A stretch of DNA of 56,077 bases, the filler included, from Jimgerdemannia flammicorona (Eukaryota), in the NCBI GenBank assembly GCA_003990765.1. It is 3 parts of 3 records of this genome, joined end to end, with 100 filler letters (N's around TTAATTAATTAA, not from the genome) between each part and the next. Parts side by side here need not be neighbours in the genome. Positions count along the whole stretch, not along the records: positions 1 to 18,630 come from RBNJ01002155.1; positions 18,731 to 37,355 come from RBNJ01002156.1; 1 more part is not named here. The stretch is one strand, 5' to 3'. Positions 13,781 through 25,708 of this stretch are shown in pieces. The position numbers were made by a program, and so were the translations under genes. The notes under the pieces are model-generated. The model saw nothing but the letters and a program-made list of their open reading frames with translations, was not told where the DNA came from and searched no databases. How positions within the stretch are numbered: position 1 is the first letter of the stretch; the number at the start of each line of letters is the position of its first letter.

Positions 13781-14371
13781 AGAATGCCGAAATTTTTTTG
13801 TGAAGTAGTCATCGCGTCATTGGCGATACCTATGTAGTAATGTATAATAATAACACTTTACAAATCTTGGGAATTCGAACAACGTTATCCTCAGGAGATG
13901 ATTGTTTGAGGGTACCAAAGTTATCGACGCAAAGAAATATATGCCTTTGTTAAATTACTGCTGTGCGACCGACGTGTCCTCAATTCCTCTCGGCCTGATG
14001 CTCGGGGGCGACAGATTCTGTTCAGGTCAAAGGCAAATTTATGTATAGAAGTTTTGTTGTAAGACCAACAATGCCTAGAACCCGTATTCTGACTCCATTC
14101 CTTCGCAGGGAGAAGACTAGCAAATATTTTAGGTGGAAGCTCTAACTGTCCTTCAAGTATATACTTGGCTTCAGTATCAATAACAACGGCTTGGTACCAC
14201 GGCTGAACGAATCTTGCCCGGTTAAATTGACAATAACGCAGGGCCATGAGGCCTTGGAATAATATCAAATCCGTGAGGTAGTAAAATCACTCTGATATGA
14301 TCTTTAATGATAAGCACCGCAGCCTTTGTTGCGATTGCATACCAGCTTGTTCATTTCTCGCTGTTAATTGG

Positions 14372-15890
14372 GACCCACCTTACGCGTTCGTAGAATGTGC
14401 CGAATCAAAATGCAGCCAGGATCAGAATGCAGCTTGGGATGCCAGCCCAGATTGCGTGAATGCACGTATCAGAATGCGTCGTTGGGAATGCTTACAGAAT
14501 AACAGCAAAATGTCTGTAGAATGCACTATACATCACTGCTAACCCCCTCAATTGTCACATATTGATTGCAATTCATTGTAGGCCATGCACAACAAAGACA
14601 ATAATCTGTAGTGATGGCATATATGAAGTTATGAACATTTACAATTATGAAAAGGGAAGGATATATATAAATGAAAAGGGGAGGAATGCTCTATCTGATG
14701 ACGACTAAGCACAGAACAGCAATGAATGCCAACTAAACACCGAACGACTATGTCCAGAAAGATGATGACGACTAAACGTAAAACGATGACGACGACTAAA
14801 GATGACGACTAAGCGCCGAACGTTGGTGCCGACTAAGAGCAGAGCAGCGATAAATGACAACTAAGCCTAGAGCAGAACAGGGATGATGAAAGGAAAATAG
14901 ACAACGACTTAGCATCGAACGGCGATAAAAAACTAAGCGCAAAAAGATAGTGAGCGCCACAACTAAGCGCAGAATGGCCAAGCTCAGAATGATAATGAAC
15001 GATGACGACAATGCGAGATAATAACAACGGACAATGGAGGACGGATGCTGGACTAAGTGCAGAACGGTGATGACGATGGACGACAGACGACTAAGTACAG
15101 AGCAATGAACAACGGATGATGTGCAGAATCAGTTTCGACGACTTTGTCTCACTGTTCGAGAGGTATCCCAATCCCAATCCCCTCACGTCATTTAGCCGAT
15201 ATTATTCTAATCATAGATGTCACTCAGTCCCTTCTCCCTTTCCTTTGTCTTTTTGTCCTGCTCTACGCTCGTGCTCCTCCTCCCACCCCTTCAAAAAAAA
15301 AAAAAAAAGGAAAAAAAGACTACACCTACCTATCCAAAATTCTTTGACTGTTCACATACACAAACTTGAGTGGAGAGCTACCAGAGAAACATAATTATGT
15401 GAAATAAATAATATCATTAAAAGTTTCAGGAATTTCGAGCCAGATGACAACGACTAAGTGCAGAATGACAATGATAACGAAGTGGCTTCTAGCCACCACA
15501 AAACTATTTTCTGAGTAACCGCAAGACCAAAACACAGCGAAATATTTCCTAAATGACTTCCCAAGATGCGAAGACCCACCACTGCAATATTCTAAGGGCT
15601 ATTCACAGAGCGATTTGGTCGTTCGTCATTGCAGCAAGATTGTGCAGTAGGGTAACCATGTGGCAGTGGGGGGGGAGCAGGGTGTAGAGTGTGGGTTTGG
15701 GGAGATGAAGGAAAGAGTAGTGTGGCGCGAAAATTATATGTCGCGTGGCCAGTATGTCACGTGACGGCCCTTGGGTCCGTTAAATCTGGGTGAATTCCTT
15801 AGCAAACGCGTTACTACAGACCGCTCCTTTTATTAGTGTAGAACCTCACAGGAACCTCATGACCAAGGTAGCGGCTTATAATTATAATCC
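14372..15890 (-). repeat. Long inverted repeat pair 2, right arm
   Basis: Reverse complement of 11953-13780 with indels; ~590-bp unique spacer between the arms. Confidence 0.9.
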
Positions 15891-16179
15891 AAGAAGGTCA
15901 CAGAACCAGAATATATAAGGCGAGCATGCCAAAAAATTTTCGTGATGTATAACAAAATCAACACTGTCGACTTTTCCATCGTGCTGTCCAGTAAGCCATG
16001 TAACGCCGAAAGTGGGTTTTTTCTGTAGCTTTGTCCCCGTCAAGAGCATGGCCAGGGTTGGACGGACTACGACTCGTCAATAAGGATTTCTTTCATACAG
16101 AATGCTGCGTATTTTAAACATTATGCTCACGGTGCACGTTGAAAAGCGAATAGCTTTATTACACTAAGATTCTCTAGCC

Positions 16180-16294
16180 GATAATGCGCTGCTTATTCAG
16201 AGGGATACCTCAATCCTTTGCTTCATGCTGTGCATATTTTCCGTGAATATGGCCCCGAACCCGCACGTTGGAATTTACTGCTGAAACAATGTTT
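16180..16294 (-). repeat. Outer inverted repeat, right arm (pairs with 4077-4204)
   Basis: gataatgcgctgcttattcag...ttcatgctgtgcatattttccgtgaatatggccccga is the reverse complement of 4126-4204. Confidence 0.9.
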
Positions 16295-17316
16295 CAGATC
16301 TTCAGGGACCACGCCCTAAGTTAATTACTGATCATCACGATCATACTTAAACATGTGATTATTGATAAGAGTGTCACTGCTGAATTTGTCCCGTGTCGGA
16401 ACAATATCGCAAAATGACGATGGAACAACGATGAACCAAATGACCACAGACAGTAGAACAACAACGAACTGTGGGACAATAACAGACTGTAAAATGACAA
16501 CAATGCAAAATGTTAGACGTAGATGATCATTGGACCACAGAGCGGGCCATGGATTACAGAATGGCAATTAAACCTAGAAAAATAATTGACCACAAAACGA
16601 CAATAGACAATAAACTAAAAAAAAATGATGGGCTGCAAAATTATTATGGACCACAGTACAATGATAGACTGCAGAATGAAGACTGCAGGATGGCGGACTA
16701 AATGTTAACCGAGTAACAAATAATAATTTACACAATGAATCACAGAACGATGACGGACTGCGTTAGAAAGACGGACAGCAGAATTATAGGGGGTACTCTA
16801 CTCTAAATCTCTATTGATTTTTGCCACGAATACCGAGTTGGCTCAATGAAAAATTACAGCTTGCCCTGATATACTGATTTTTTTTTTTTTTTTCTTCAAA
16901 CACCAAACAGAAGTGGATATTTTCTTTGCACAAGGGGTCAAAGGTTTGGACGTCACGAAGGCATTCGGGAATGTGGGAGGTGTTTTCCTTAGCTCTGATG
17001 GCTATCAATTTTTTTTTTTTTTCCGCGAACACGGCTTCTTGGAAAGTTCTGTAATGGTATCAAGAATGACAGTCGATCTGACTCTTTATTCAGATCAACT
17101 TGTCGTTGATGTAAATTTGCGCGTGGCATTTCGCATCCTTCTTTTCGGTTGCTTCTTCAAAGTCGTTCATAATAGCTGTTTTGGAAATAATCGCCATTCT
17201 TCCAAATTCATCGGTTTTGTCAATAATTTTTTATTCCAAATAATGTTTGTTATATTCTTGATTACGCCAAAATAAAATGAAATATAGTATAATAAATAAA
17301 TAATCAATTAATTAAA

Positions 17317-17440
17317 TAAAATCGTCGCTCAGTCCGTTCCGCCAAAAACCGTCGCTCAATCCGTTCTGCCAAAAATTGTCGTTTAGAAGTTCCACCAAAA
17401 ATCGTCGTTCTGACTGTTCTGACAAAATCGTCGTCCGGAG
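17317..17440. repeat. ~27-bp degenerate tandem repeat, about 4.5 copies
   Basis: aaaatcgtcgctcagtccgttccgcca / aaaaccgtcgctcaatccgttctgcca / aaaattgtcgtttagaagttccacca / aaaatcgtcgttctgactgttctgac. Confidence 0.8.
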
Positions 17441-18630
17441 ATCGAAAGAGGATAAATTCGTCTCGTTCGAAGCACTAAAAAAATTATATTCCCATTTACA
17501 CGGGGTATCGCAACCTATATTTTTTTGTGGGAAAATGTGCGTGTCCACTATTCTAAGGGGCTGCATGTGAATTCGCCTTTGCTAAAGGGGCACATCAGTA
17601 AGCTTCTAGGGGTTCCAAGATCGGGTACGACTATCGGCCATGAGGAAAATTAGGTGATTGTTTTTATATAGGAGTTGGAAAACAACACAACAGAATTTGT
17701 ACAATGGAAAAGCGCGGTTGAAAATGTTCCAGCTTTTACCAAGAATTTGAGATCTAGAATTGTGACTAAAAGTTGCAATTCAAACTAGAATTCGGTTTGG
17801 GTATTTGAACAGAAAACGAAATGCAGAATGAGCGCGTAAGAACAACACGTAAGCTCTAGAGTGCGGCCGGGCAAATGCGACGAACCCTGGCGGAAACACC
17901 AACAGGCCAAGAATCCAACAGTTAAAAACACCATATGGATATACAGGCCAAACTGTGGTGCGCCACCGTCAACGTAGGTAAATACACGAACGAAGGTGTC
18001 AACCGAACACGTGCGGGCGCTTACGTGGGAAAAAGGGCATGGTGAGCAGTTGCATCATTTTCGGCCGGTCATACACACAGCAATCCACCAGATCTCCAAA
18101 ATTAAGTCAGTGATAATTTGATTTATTTTTCCCTCGATAATTTTTTGTCATTTGGGCCATTTCTACAATTTTGACCTTTTCCACCATTTTGATCTTTTCC
18201 AATTGCATTTCTTCTTTTTTCATTTTTTCTTTGCGTTTTCTGTCCTTAACGCTGACCACTAAGAATTCATGTACAGACGTGATTTTTCAAGCAATATGGA
18301 AACCTACCAAAATACCAAAAATACAACCTCCCAAAAAGCCTCAATACATAAATAAACATAATAAAAATATACTCTCTCCTATACCTCAAACTTACCGACC
18401 CCCGCACGGTACATGTACCTCCCTCCCATACCTGAGATAGCAATCTCCTCCGCAAAGGAGGCTCTGGAAGAGGGAATTCCGTACTGATGGCCTCGCAGTG
18501 GATGTAATCGTAGGCGAAGGGGATGGTTGGCTGGGGGGAGAATGGAGAAAGGCACTGGGGTTGGAGAAAGGAGATCATTAGTAATAGTTGAAATCAGATG
18601 CTCAGAAGTACTGGGGTGAGGCAGGGAGAG

Positions 18631-18730
18631 NNNNNNNNNNNNNNNNNNNNNNNNNNNNNNNNNNNNNNNNNNNNTTAATTAATTAANNNNNNNNNNNNNN
18701 NNNNNNNNNNNNNNNNNNNNNNNNNNNNNN
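18631..18730. other. Assembly gap with artificial six-frame-stop linker
   Basis: N44-TTAATTAATTAA-N44. Confidence 0.97.
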
Positions 18731-19235
18731 TTTTTTTTAACGGAACTCTCTGGAATGTCTTATTCAAACTCTCATACTTCTACCTCCTGTAGAGTCTTGT
18801 ATTATGCAATTTGGTCAATAATATTTCCCCAGTAGTATCTCCTTATCTATATGAATTTCCTAATACTATTTTTTAAAACTAGTTTATTATTCTTAAATAA
18901 CTTGAAAATTTATTTGAAATTGTGATCTGGGTGTAAGAGATCTGGCAAGATGCAATCTACTCCTCCTTAGTCTTATCTGAATACTGGTAGAAAAGTTGCT
19001 CTAACTTGAAACTCTGCCCTATATTAATAGGCTCTAAAGTGGAAAATTTATGATAAATGGATCTATATATAACTCTGAATGCTGTCAAAGGATTCCTCTA
19101 TGATTGGGGGTTCGATACATCAAAGTCCTATCAGTATCAGTGATCTCAAAATGAAGACTTTGTTAAAGCAGCTGAGGAACATATAGTAAAGCAAGAGATT
19201 AAATTAAAATAAAATCGTCAAGCCTGATAAACAAG

Positions 19236-19243
19236 TGACGTCA
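19236..19243. promoter_or_regulatory. CRE/ATF-type palindrome TGACGTCA upstream of the SQT1-like gene
   Basis: Exact 8-mer about 66 nt before ATG 19310; same motif at similar spacing before two other genes. Confidence 0.5.
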
Positions 19244-19309
19244 TATGTTCACTTATCTGGTTTTGTTGCAGACTTGGACAAATCCGACACCCCTTTGCAA
19301 CGAGCATCA

Positions 19310-21499
19310 ATGACCCACCAACATGAACCTGTGTGTCTCTTGCACCACTAGAATTGTTTGTTTAACCCCGCCTCACTCTAACGTGTATTTTTGACGATAA
19401 CTGCAGGAAGAAGACGTGAACCTCGAGGTCGACGAGGAAGAATATATCGAGGCCGGTGACATTGACGAAGAACATACATTAAACGAGGGTGTCGATGCCA
19501 TCCACATGGACGACGACGAGGATGGTTGGTTGCTGAAATGGGCCATATGATATTTGTTCGAATCTTTGTGTTTTTAGTCTGATTCTTATTAATCAAATTA
19601 CAGAGGAAGACGGCACGTTCGGAGGATTCCACGGCACAAGACCTGTTGAGGGTGACGATGATATGGTGGAGGTCGTAGACGATTCGGTACAAGGCTTCTT
19701 CGCTCATAAAGGTGCCTGCCTTGCACTATTTTGAAGGGTTCAATTGCCAAAGACCAACGTTATTCAATCTTGTTCACAACTTCTATCTTGTTTCATCCAC
19801 ATCCACCCTATAGAGCCAGTGTACTCAGTAGGCATGCATCCGACAGATGAGAACATCATCGTCACAGGCGGCGGTGACGACAAGAGTTACCTGTGGCGCG
19901 CCGACACGGGCGACCAGATGTTCGAGCTCACGGGACACACGGATTCCGTCACGGCTGTCGGGTTCAACACGACCGGCGAGTACGTTGCGTCCGGAGGTAT
20001 GGATGGAAAAGTGAAGGTGTGGAAGGTAGCCACGGGCGAGCTCTTGGCGACCGTGGATGGGCCGGACGAGATTGTGGTAGATTGAAATATGCGTCTTCAG
20101 AGCATGTATTTTCCGGTTTGATTTTTGTCCACACGTTGATGTCTTTGTTTTCTTCATCATATCAGTGGTTGAACTGGCATTCCAAGGGCAACATCTTACT
20201 TGCGGGCGCGACTGATTCGACGATTTGGATGTGGGGAAGTACGTGACAGTGGTGATTCAATTTCGTATTTCGCAAGAAATGGGGGAATGCTATTTGAAAC
20301 CGAGGTTGTCTCGCCAACTAATCTTATCTTTTTCCCTTATAGTGCCTTCCGGTAAATTTATGAACGTATTCTCGGGCCACTCTGCCTCGGTGACAGCGGG
20401 CCTATTCACGCCCGATGGTACTTTTTTATTTCTATTTCCTTTACAAATCTTGCCAGTATTTGGTTTGCTGGAGCTCGCGAAACTCACTGCCTGTTAAAAT
20501 TTCAACATCTCGTCATAGGCAAGAAAATTGTCTCCGTCTCTGGAGACGGTAGCCTCATTGTCTGGGACCCCAAGACTGCCTCTGCAATGGTCAAGCTCAC
20601 AAGTGATGACCAGCGGTTCCACCAGGAACCCATCAACGTAGTTTCCGTCCACAAGGACAGCGTCCTGGCGCTCACGGGATCCGCGGACGCCTCAGCACGG
20701 CTGGTCAATTTGAATACTGGCACGGTGAGTTGGGGTTCCCGGGTTGCTTTGGTTCGTGATGGGTAAAACTTGGTGAAAGTGTGGATATTGTGCGATGGAT
20801 CTCTACGTCTATCAGGTTTCTTCTGACATGTCATTACAATTGGAATGCACACCAGATTGTTGCTTCGTTCGAGAACCACGCCGACTCGGTCGAGACCGTC
20901 GGATTCTCCTCTGTGTAAGTCACCCTTCATATCACACCACTATGAGCTAAATATGCGATTTGCTACTCATGTGGAAGATTTCTGATCCCTTGACGGCTTT
21001 GCTATATAAATCTATAGCCTGCCGCTGGCTGCAACTGGAGCCGTTGACGGCAAACTCAACATATGGGATGTGACCACCATGCGGTTGCGCCAGACATGTC
21101 AGCATAGTGTATGCGCTCCTTTTTGGATGCTCCGACTTTGTTCAAATTGGTTGACGGATACTCAACGCACTGAATCTTTGAAATTTCTGTTATTAGGATG
21201 CCGTTGTCAAGCTTCAATGGCACGTCAACTCGCCGCTTATTACGAGCTGCTCCGCCGACCGGACGGTGAAGCTATGGGATGGGCGGACCGGCAATTGCGA
21301 GAAGACGTGGATGGGACACCAGGATGTACTTTTGGATTTCGCAATGTCAGCGTAAGTATTGTACTGTGATATTCATGGATGTGGACGACACTGGCGGTTT
21401 GAAGATGTTCTGACGCACGTTATTTTATCGAATATTAGGGATGGTCGAACGGTAGTGACGGGTTCGGACGATGGAACGTCGTTAGTATTTAGAATGTAA
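19310..21499 (+). CDS. SQT1: WD40-repeat ribosome assembly chaperone, SQT1/AAMP family (multi-exon)
   Basis: Spliced product: acidic N-terminus (MTHQHEPEEDVNLEVDEEEYIEAGDIDEE), DDSVQGFFAHK..VYSVGMHP....IVTGGGDDKSYLW, GHTDSV...VASGGMDGKVKVW, WLNWHSKGNILLAGATDSTIWMW, FTPDGKKIV, final exon DGRTVVTGSDDGTSLVFRM*; GT-AG introns in consistent phase where checked. Confidence 0.88.
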
Positions 21500-22042
21500 A
21501 CGGAGCTCATTATTTTTATTTTTTAAGGGGAGGAGGGTTGAGAAGATAATAACGAGCAAGTGAATAATAGGAGCGAAAATATTAGATCGGGAAACGTTTT
21601 TTTTTTTTTTTTTTTTTTTTTTTTCTAAAGAGTTTGCGCAATGTAAACTTGTTTATTTGCAATAGACAATTGCAAGGAAAAGGATGTATGGGATGGCTTC
21701 ACCTAGGCCGAAGTGTTTTCTCGGCTCTGCCGTTAAACTGGATGTCAAAGGGAAGGATTGCATGTTCTCACGAACGCTCTCCAGGCGGACGACCAGGCCC
21801 TGCGTGGTGAGGTTGAGCTAGACATTGTCGTTAAGCTCGATGTTGGGAAGTGTTCATTTTGAGGCCAACTATTGAGGATATCGCCCACCTCTCCAAAAAA
21901 AAAAAAAAAAGGATGCTCTGGTGACCCATGAGGTCATCCCGGTTATCAAGCCACCAGCTTCAAATTTGTCTTGGTTTGTTGTGGTACATATTGCGACGTG
22001 CCTTCTTGCTCTCTCCCGTCCACATCACATCCCTCAAGCGCA

Positions 22043-23240
22043 ATGGCCCCACTCGTGGAAACCGACCCTAACGCCGTGCGGGACGCTGATGCCAGTCCTG
22101 ATCCGCGTTACCCGCTCTATCTGGGCGACTGGAAGCGTTCCATCCCCTATGTCGATGAGGATATAGCCATCGACGACTTGGACGAGCCTCACATGAAGCG
22201 GAAGGTCGAGATTCTCAAGAAGCACCCTGAGATCGTGAAACTTTACGGCGCCGACATTCGCACCACCTATATCGCCATCGTCACTGCCGCCGCCCAGATC
22301 GGCCTCGCCTACTTCTTTGGCCGTGTTTACACGACTTCCTGGCTTGCCCTCATCGTCGCGTCGTACGTCATCGGCGCGACCTTCACCGCCATCTACGGCG
22401 TCATCATCCACGAGGCCACCCACTGCCTTGCCGCCAACGGCCGTTTTGCCAACCGCATCGTCGGCCTCATTGCCAACATCGCTCTCCCGGTACCCATCGC
22501 CATGTCCTTCCGGCGCTACCATCTCGAACACCACACCTTTCAGGGCGTCGTCGGCATGGACCCCGACCTCCCGCTCGAATGGGAGAAGACGCTCATTCGC
22601 GGTAACGCGTTCCTCAAGGCGCTCTGGATCTTCATCTACCCTGTCATGTACATCGTCCGCGGTGCCGCCATGAATAAGACCCCGTCCACCTGGGAGCTCA
22701 TCAACATCGCTTTCACTGTCGTCTGCGACGTGCTCATCACTCGCCTGTGCGGTTGGCGCGGACTGATCTACCTCGTCGCGAGCGTGTGGTTCGGGTACAG
22801 TCTTCACCCGGGCGCGGCCCACTTCGTCCAAGAGCACTATACCTTTGACGACGGGCAGGAAACCTACAGTTACTACGGTCTTCTAAACTACTTGTTTATG
22901 AACATCGGGTACCACAATGAGCACCACGATTTCACAAAGGTACGCGGTATTCTTCCCTCTTTCGTTCTCTCCATCATTCACCCCGTCATATTGCTAAACA
23001 TATCTCCATCAATCCTCTCTGCAGATCCCGTGGTCCAAACTTCCGGACGCTCGCAAGATTGCTACAGAGTACTACGACACGCTCGCCTACCACACCTCGT
23101 GGCTGATGGTCCACTGGAAGTTCATCACCACCCCGACGATCGGGCCGCAGTCTCGCGTGGGACGCGACATTGTGGATCACAAGAAAGGGCGCAAGATGCT
23201 CAGGCAGATGCACCCGAAAAAGGAGGTGAAGAGTGAGTAA
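22043..23240 (+). CDS. DES1: Sphingolipid delta-4 desaturase (DES1/DEGS family); exons 22043-22939 and 23025-23240
   Basis: EPHMKRKVEILKKHPEIVKLYG N-terminal motif; His boxes HEATH, HLEHH, HNEHH; QETYSYYG; removing intron 22940-23024 gives HHDFTKIPWSKLP...EYYDTL. Confidence 0.93.
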
Positions 23241-23693
23241 TCTATGTGTGGGTGTGCATGTTTGGCCAAGTTTTGCGTGGTGAGTTGTAGATGGTGGCTG
23301 TGAAAACCAATGCTAGGAATGTAATGGGTCTTAGCGAAGTGTGGGACGTCTTCCTTTTCGGTGGTGGTGCAGCGTGGCTACAGATAGAGAGTAGTTTGTC
23401 TTATTTTGCCTTTCTTTTATAACTTACATTCTGGTATTCGCCCGTCTCCTCAGTCATAGAAAACAAATTGCCTTTAATGCCTAAATTGGTTCAGACGTAC
23501 TCTGATCTCGGCTCATTTATTTCAAAGATTCCTGGTTAAGCTTGTTTAGCTTTCGGCCAGCGTCCGACCTATCCTTCCATTTCGTTGTTGGCAATGGTCC
23601 CTGAGAGTGGTGTCAGGGGAATGTCATGTTTGTCGACGGGTAGATTCCAATTGGGTTGTGAATTACCACCTGATCTCGTTTTCTGAACAGTGG

Positions 23694-23736
23694 CACGTGA
23701 TATATGACACGTGGTGATGTTGTGACGATGACGTCA
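23694..23736. promoter_or_regulatory. Two CACGTG E-boxes plus TGACGTCA upstream of the VPS37-like gene
   Basis: CACGTG 23694-23699 and 23708-23713; TGACGTCA 23729-23736; ATG at 23802. Confidence 0.5.
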
Positions 23737-23801
23737 TTGGGGATGACTGCGTATTTCTTTTCCCTGTGCCCTGGCACGCCGACTTACCTTGGACAAGAAG
23801 A

Positions 23802-25708
23802 ATGTGGAACAGAAAGGCCACAGGCAAACCATCCGAGTACCAGCCGACAACAATGCAGCAGGAACTGTAAGTCTGCTTTTGCTTGTAGCGACTCGTGCTG
23901 GGAATGTCGTATCGGGGCACAGACAGACAACCATAGAGATCCGAGATGCAAGAACCAACAGAGCGGTTTCGTCTGGCAGGTTTCCTTGGCCAGTTTGATA
24001 ATTCTTGAGACAAAGCTCCTAAGCCAGGTCGCAACCGACCTCCGCCTCATAATCTATTCCTTCTTCATCCGCACCGCACCTTCCAGCAAACGCAAGCAGA
24101 TCACCTCCCTCTACAACTACAACATCTCCGTCAGAGAGCTCTCCAAAGACTCCCAGTTCGAGATTCCCTGCCCGCTTCCGTCGGGCTGGACCATTTGCCT
24201 CATCGTCAATCTCCCCCCCAATTTCCCCGAAGCCTCCCCCGTCATCACCGTCAGCCCCGCCGCGACCCACCCGTGGCTGGAGACCAACGTCGTCGTTGGC
24301 CACGATAAATTGAAGCCGAACGCATGGGGCGCACACGCGAGCCTAGGCAAGCTGGTGAAGGAGATCAGGGACGAGTTCACAGCGAGGATGCCAGTGCGGG
24401 GAGGGAGCTCGGCGGGGATGGAGAATGGATTGGTTGGAACTACTGCACAATCGTGAGTTGTGATAATTTTTTTTATCTCTGTGCCCGTGCATAGTTGCCC
24501 TGTTTGTGTGATCTTGGCACAGTGGAAATGATTGGATTGGGACATATTGGCCAATTCGATTGTATTTCCAATTACTGATTTTACTCGCACACCTCCTCCC
24601 TATTGTTTCTCCTGTCATTTGCATTTACCCTCATCGGCGCATGCGTTCCTAACCACCCAATATCCAGATATAGTACCAAACCCCCACCTCCTATTCCGTC
24701 CGAAAGTCATTCAGCGGTGACGCCCAAGAATCAGTTGGTTTCGATGGAGTGTCCTGCTATCATGGGGATGAGGTGAGCGCCTCTTGCTTGTATATGGTTC
24801 GTGTATCGAGGAGAGGCGCGAGGCGTAGACTCGTGTTGTGGAAAATGTCCCATGTCTTTCTATCTCTCTCCCGCTATTATGTGTTTGGGAGAGGATTGGG
24901 ATCTGTAAGTGGGATCTGGTGCCACTCATATATGACGTGGTTGGCACGTTCAATTGGTTGGATTGGGATCTGCTCCTTTTATGGAATCTACCAAAGTTGC
25001 CTGAGAACATCCATTTCTCACGCTTTGCATTCTGTCCGCCCTCCGCTGCAGCGCGGAAGAGCTCGAGGAGTTATTAGCTGACGATTATGCTTTCACACGG
25101 TTTTTCGACGAACTGGAACAAGTGAGGAACATGCGTATCGTGCAGGAGGAGCTACGGACGGGAAACGAGATGCTTGCGAGTATGTGTTTCGAGCATCGCT
25201 TCAGGCCGACGGTATTGGGTGAATGGATCGTTTGCGTGGTTCATAGATCTCATCTCACACATCTTCGTGTCCCCAAGACAAGAATCTCTCCAAGGAAGCC
25301 GAGTTGAATAAACTACAAGAGACCGCCACGCAGCTCAACGACGAGCACCGAGAGCTAAGATCAGAGTTCGACGAGAAGATTCTATTGCAACAGGAAGCGC
25401 TCAAGGTAGTATCCTATCCAATCGACCAATGGGCTTTTTTTTTTTTCGTCTCCTCTACTTTCCACTATGTCTTACGCCGTTAAATGACCCCCTTTCCATA
25501 GCGTTTCGCCCCCTCCGCCCTCCTCTCACGCCTCCGCTCGGCCGTCTATGAGTCCGACGAGCTGTCGGAATCGATCGTACAGAGCTTCCTTGACGGCAAG
25601 CTGGATCAGGATGTTTTTGTACGCCAGTTCCGTGAGCTTCGGAAGGTGTACCATTTACGCGCTTCCAAGCTCGAGAGGGCAGAACGGAGTGGAATTCTGA
25701 ATTCTTAG
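23802..25708 (+). CDS. VPS37: ESCRT-I subunit VPS37 (VPS37A-like: N-terminal UEV-like domain plus C-terminal Mod(r) domain), multi-exon
   Basis: Exon 1 23802-23866 splices in phase to 24087 (LKRKQITSL...LIVNLPPNFPEASPVITVSP..THPWL...WGAHASLGKLVKEI); later exons EELEELLADD...NEMLANKNL...ESDELSESIVQSFLDGKLDQDVFVRQFRELRKVYHLR. Confidence 0.85.

Noticed and set aside
14696..14730. CTGATGA hammerhead ribozyme core
   Set aside because: No stem II plus GAAA arrangement follows it.
18675..18686. TTAATTAATTAA palindrome (also 37400-37411)
   Set aside because: Artificial linker centred in N runs.
18376..19100. Possible TE fragments flanking the first gap
   Set aside because: CpG-poor on the right side but no identifiable domain motif.
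22034..22837. Long antisense ORFs over DES1 (likewise over RNA1 and U2AF2)
   Set aside because: Shadow ORFs from GC-rich codon bias and low-complexity RS repeats.
21971..23236. 421-aa unspliced desaturase ORF from the track
   Set aside because: Reads through an 85-nt intron into the wrong frame; the spliced model restores the conserved C-terminus.
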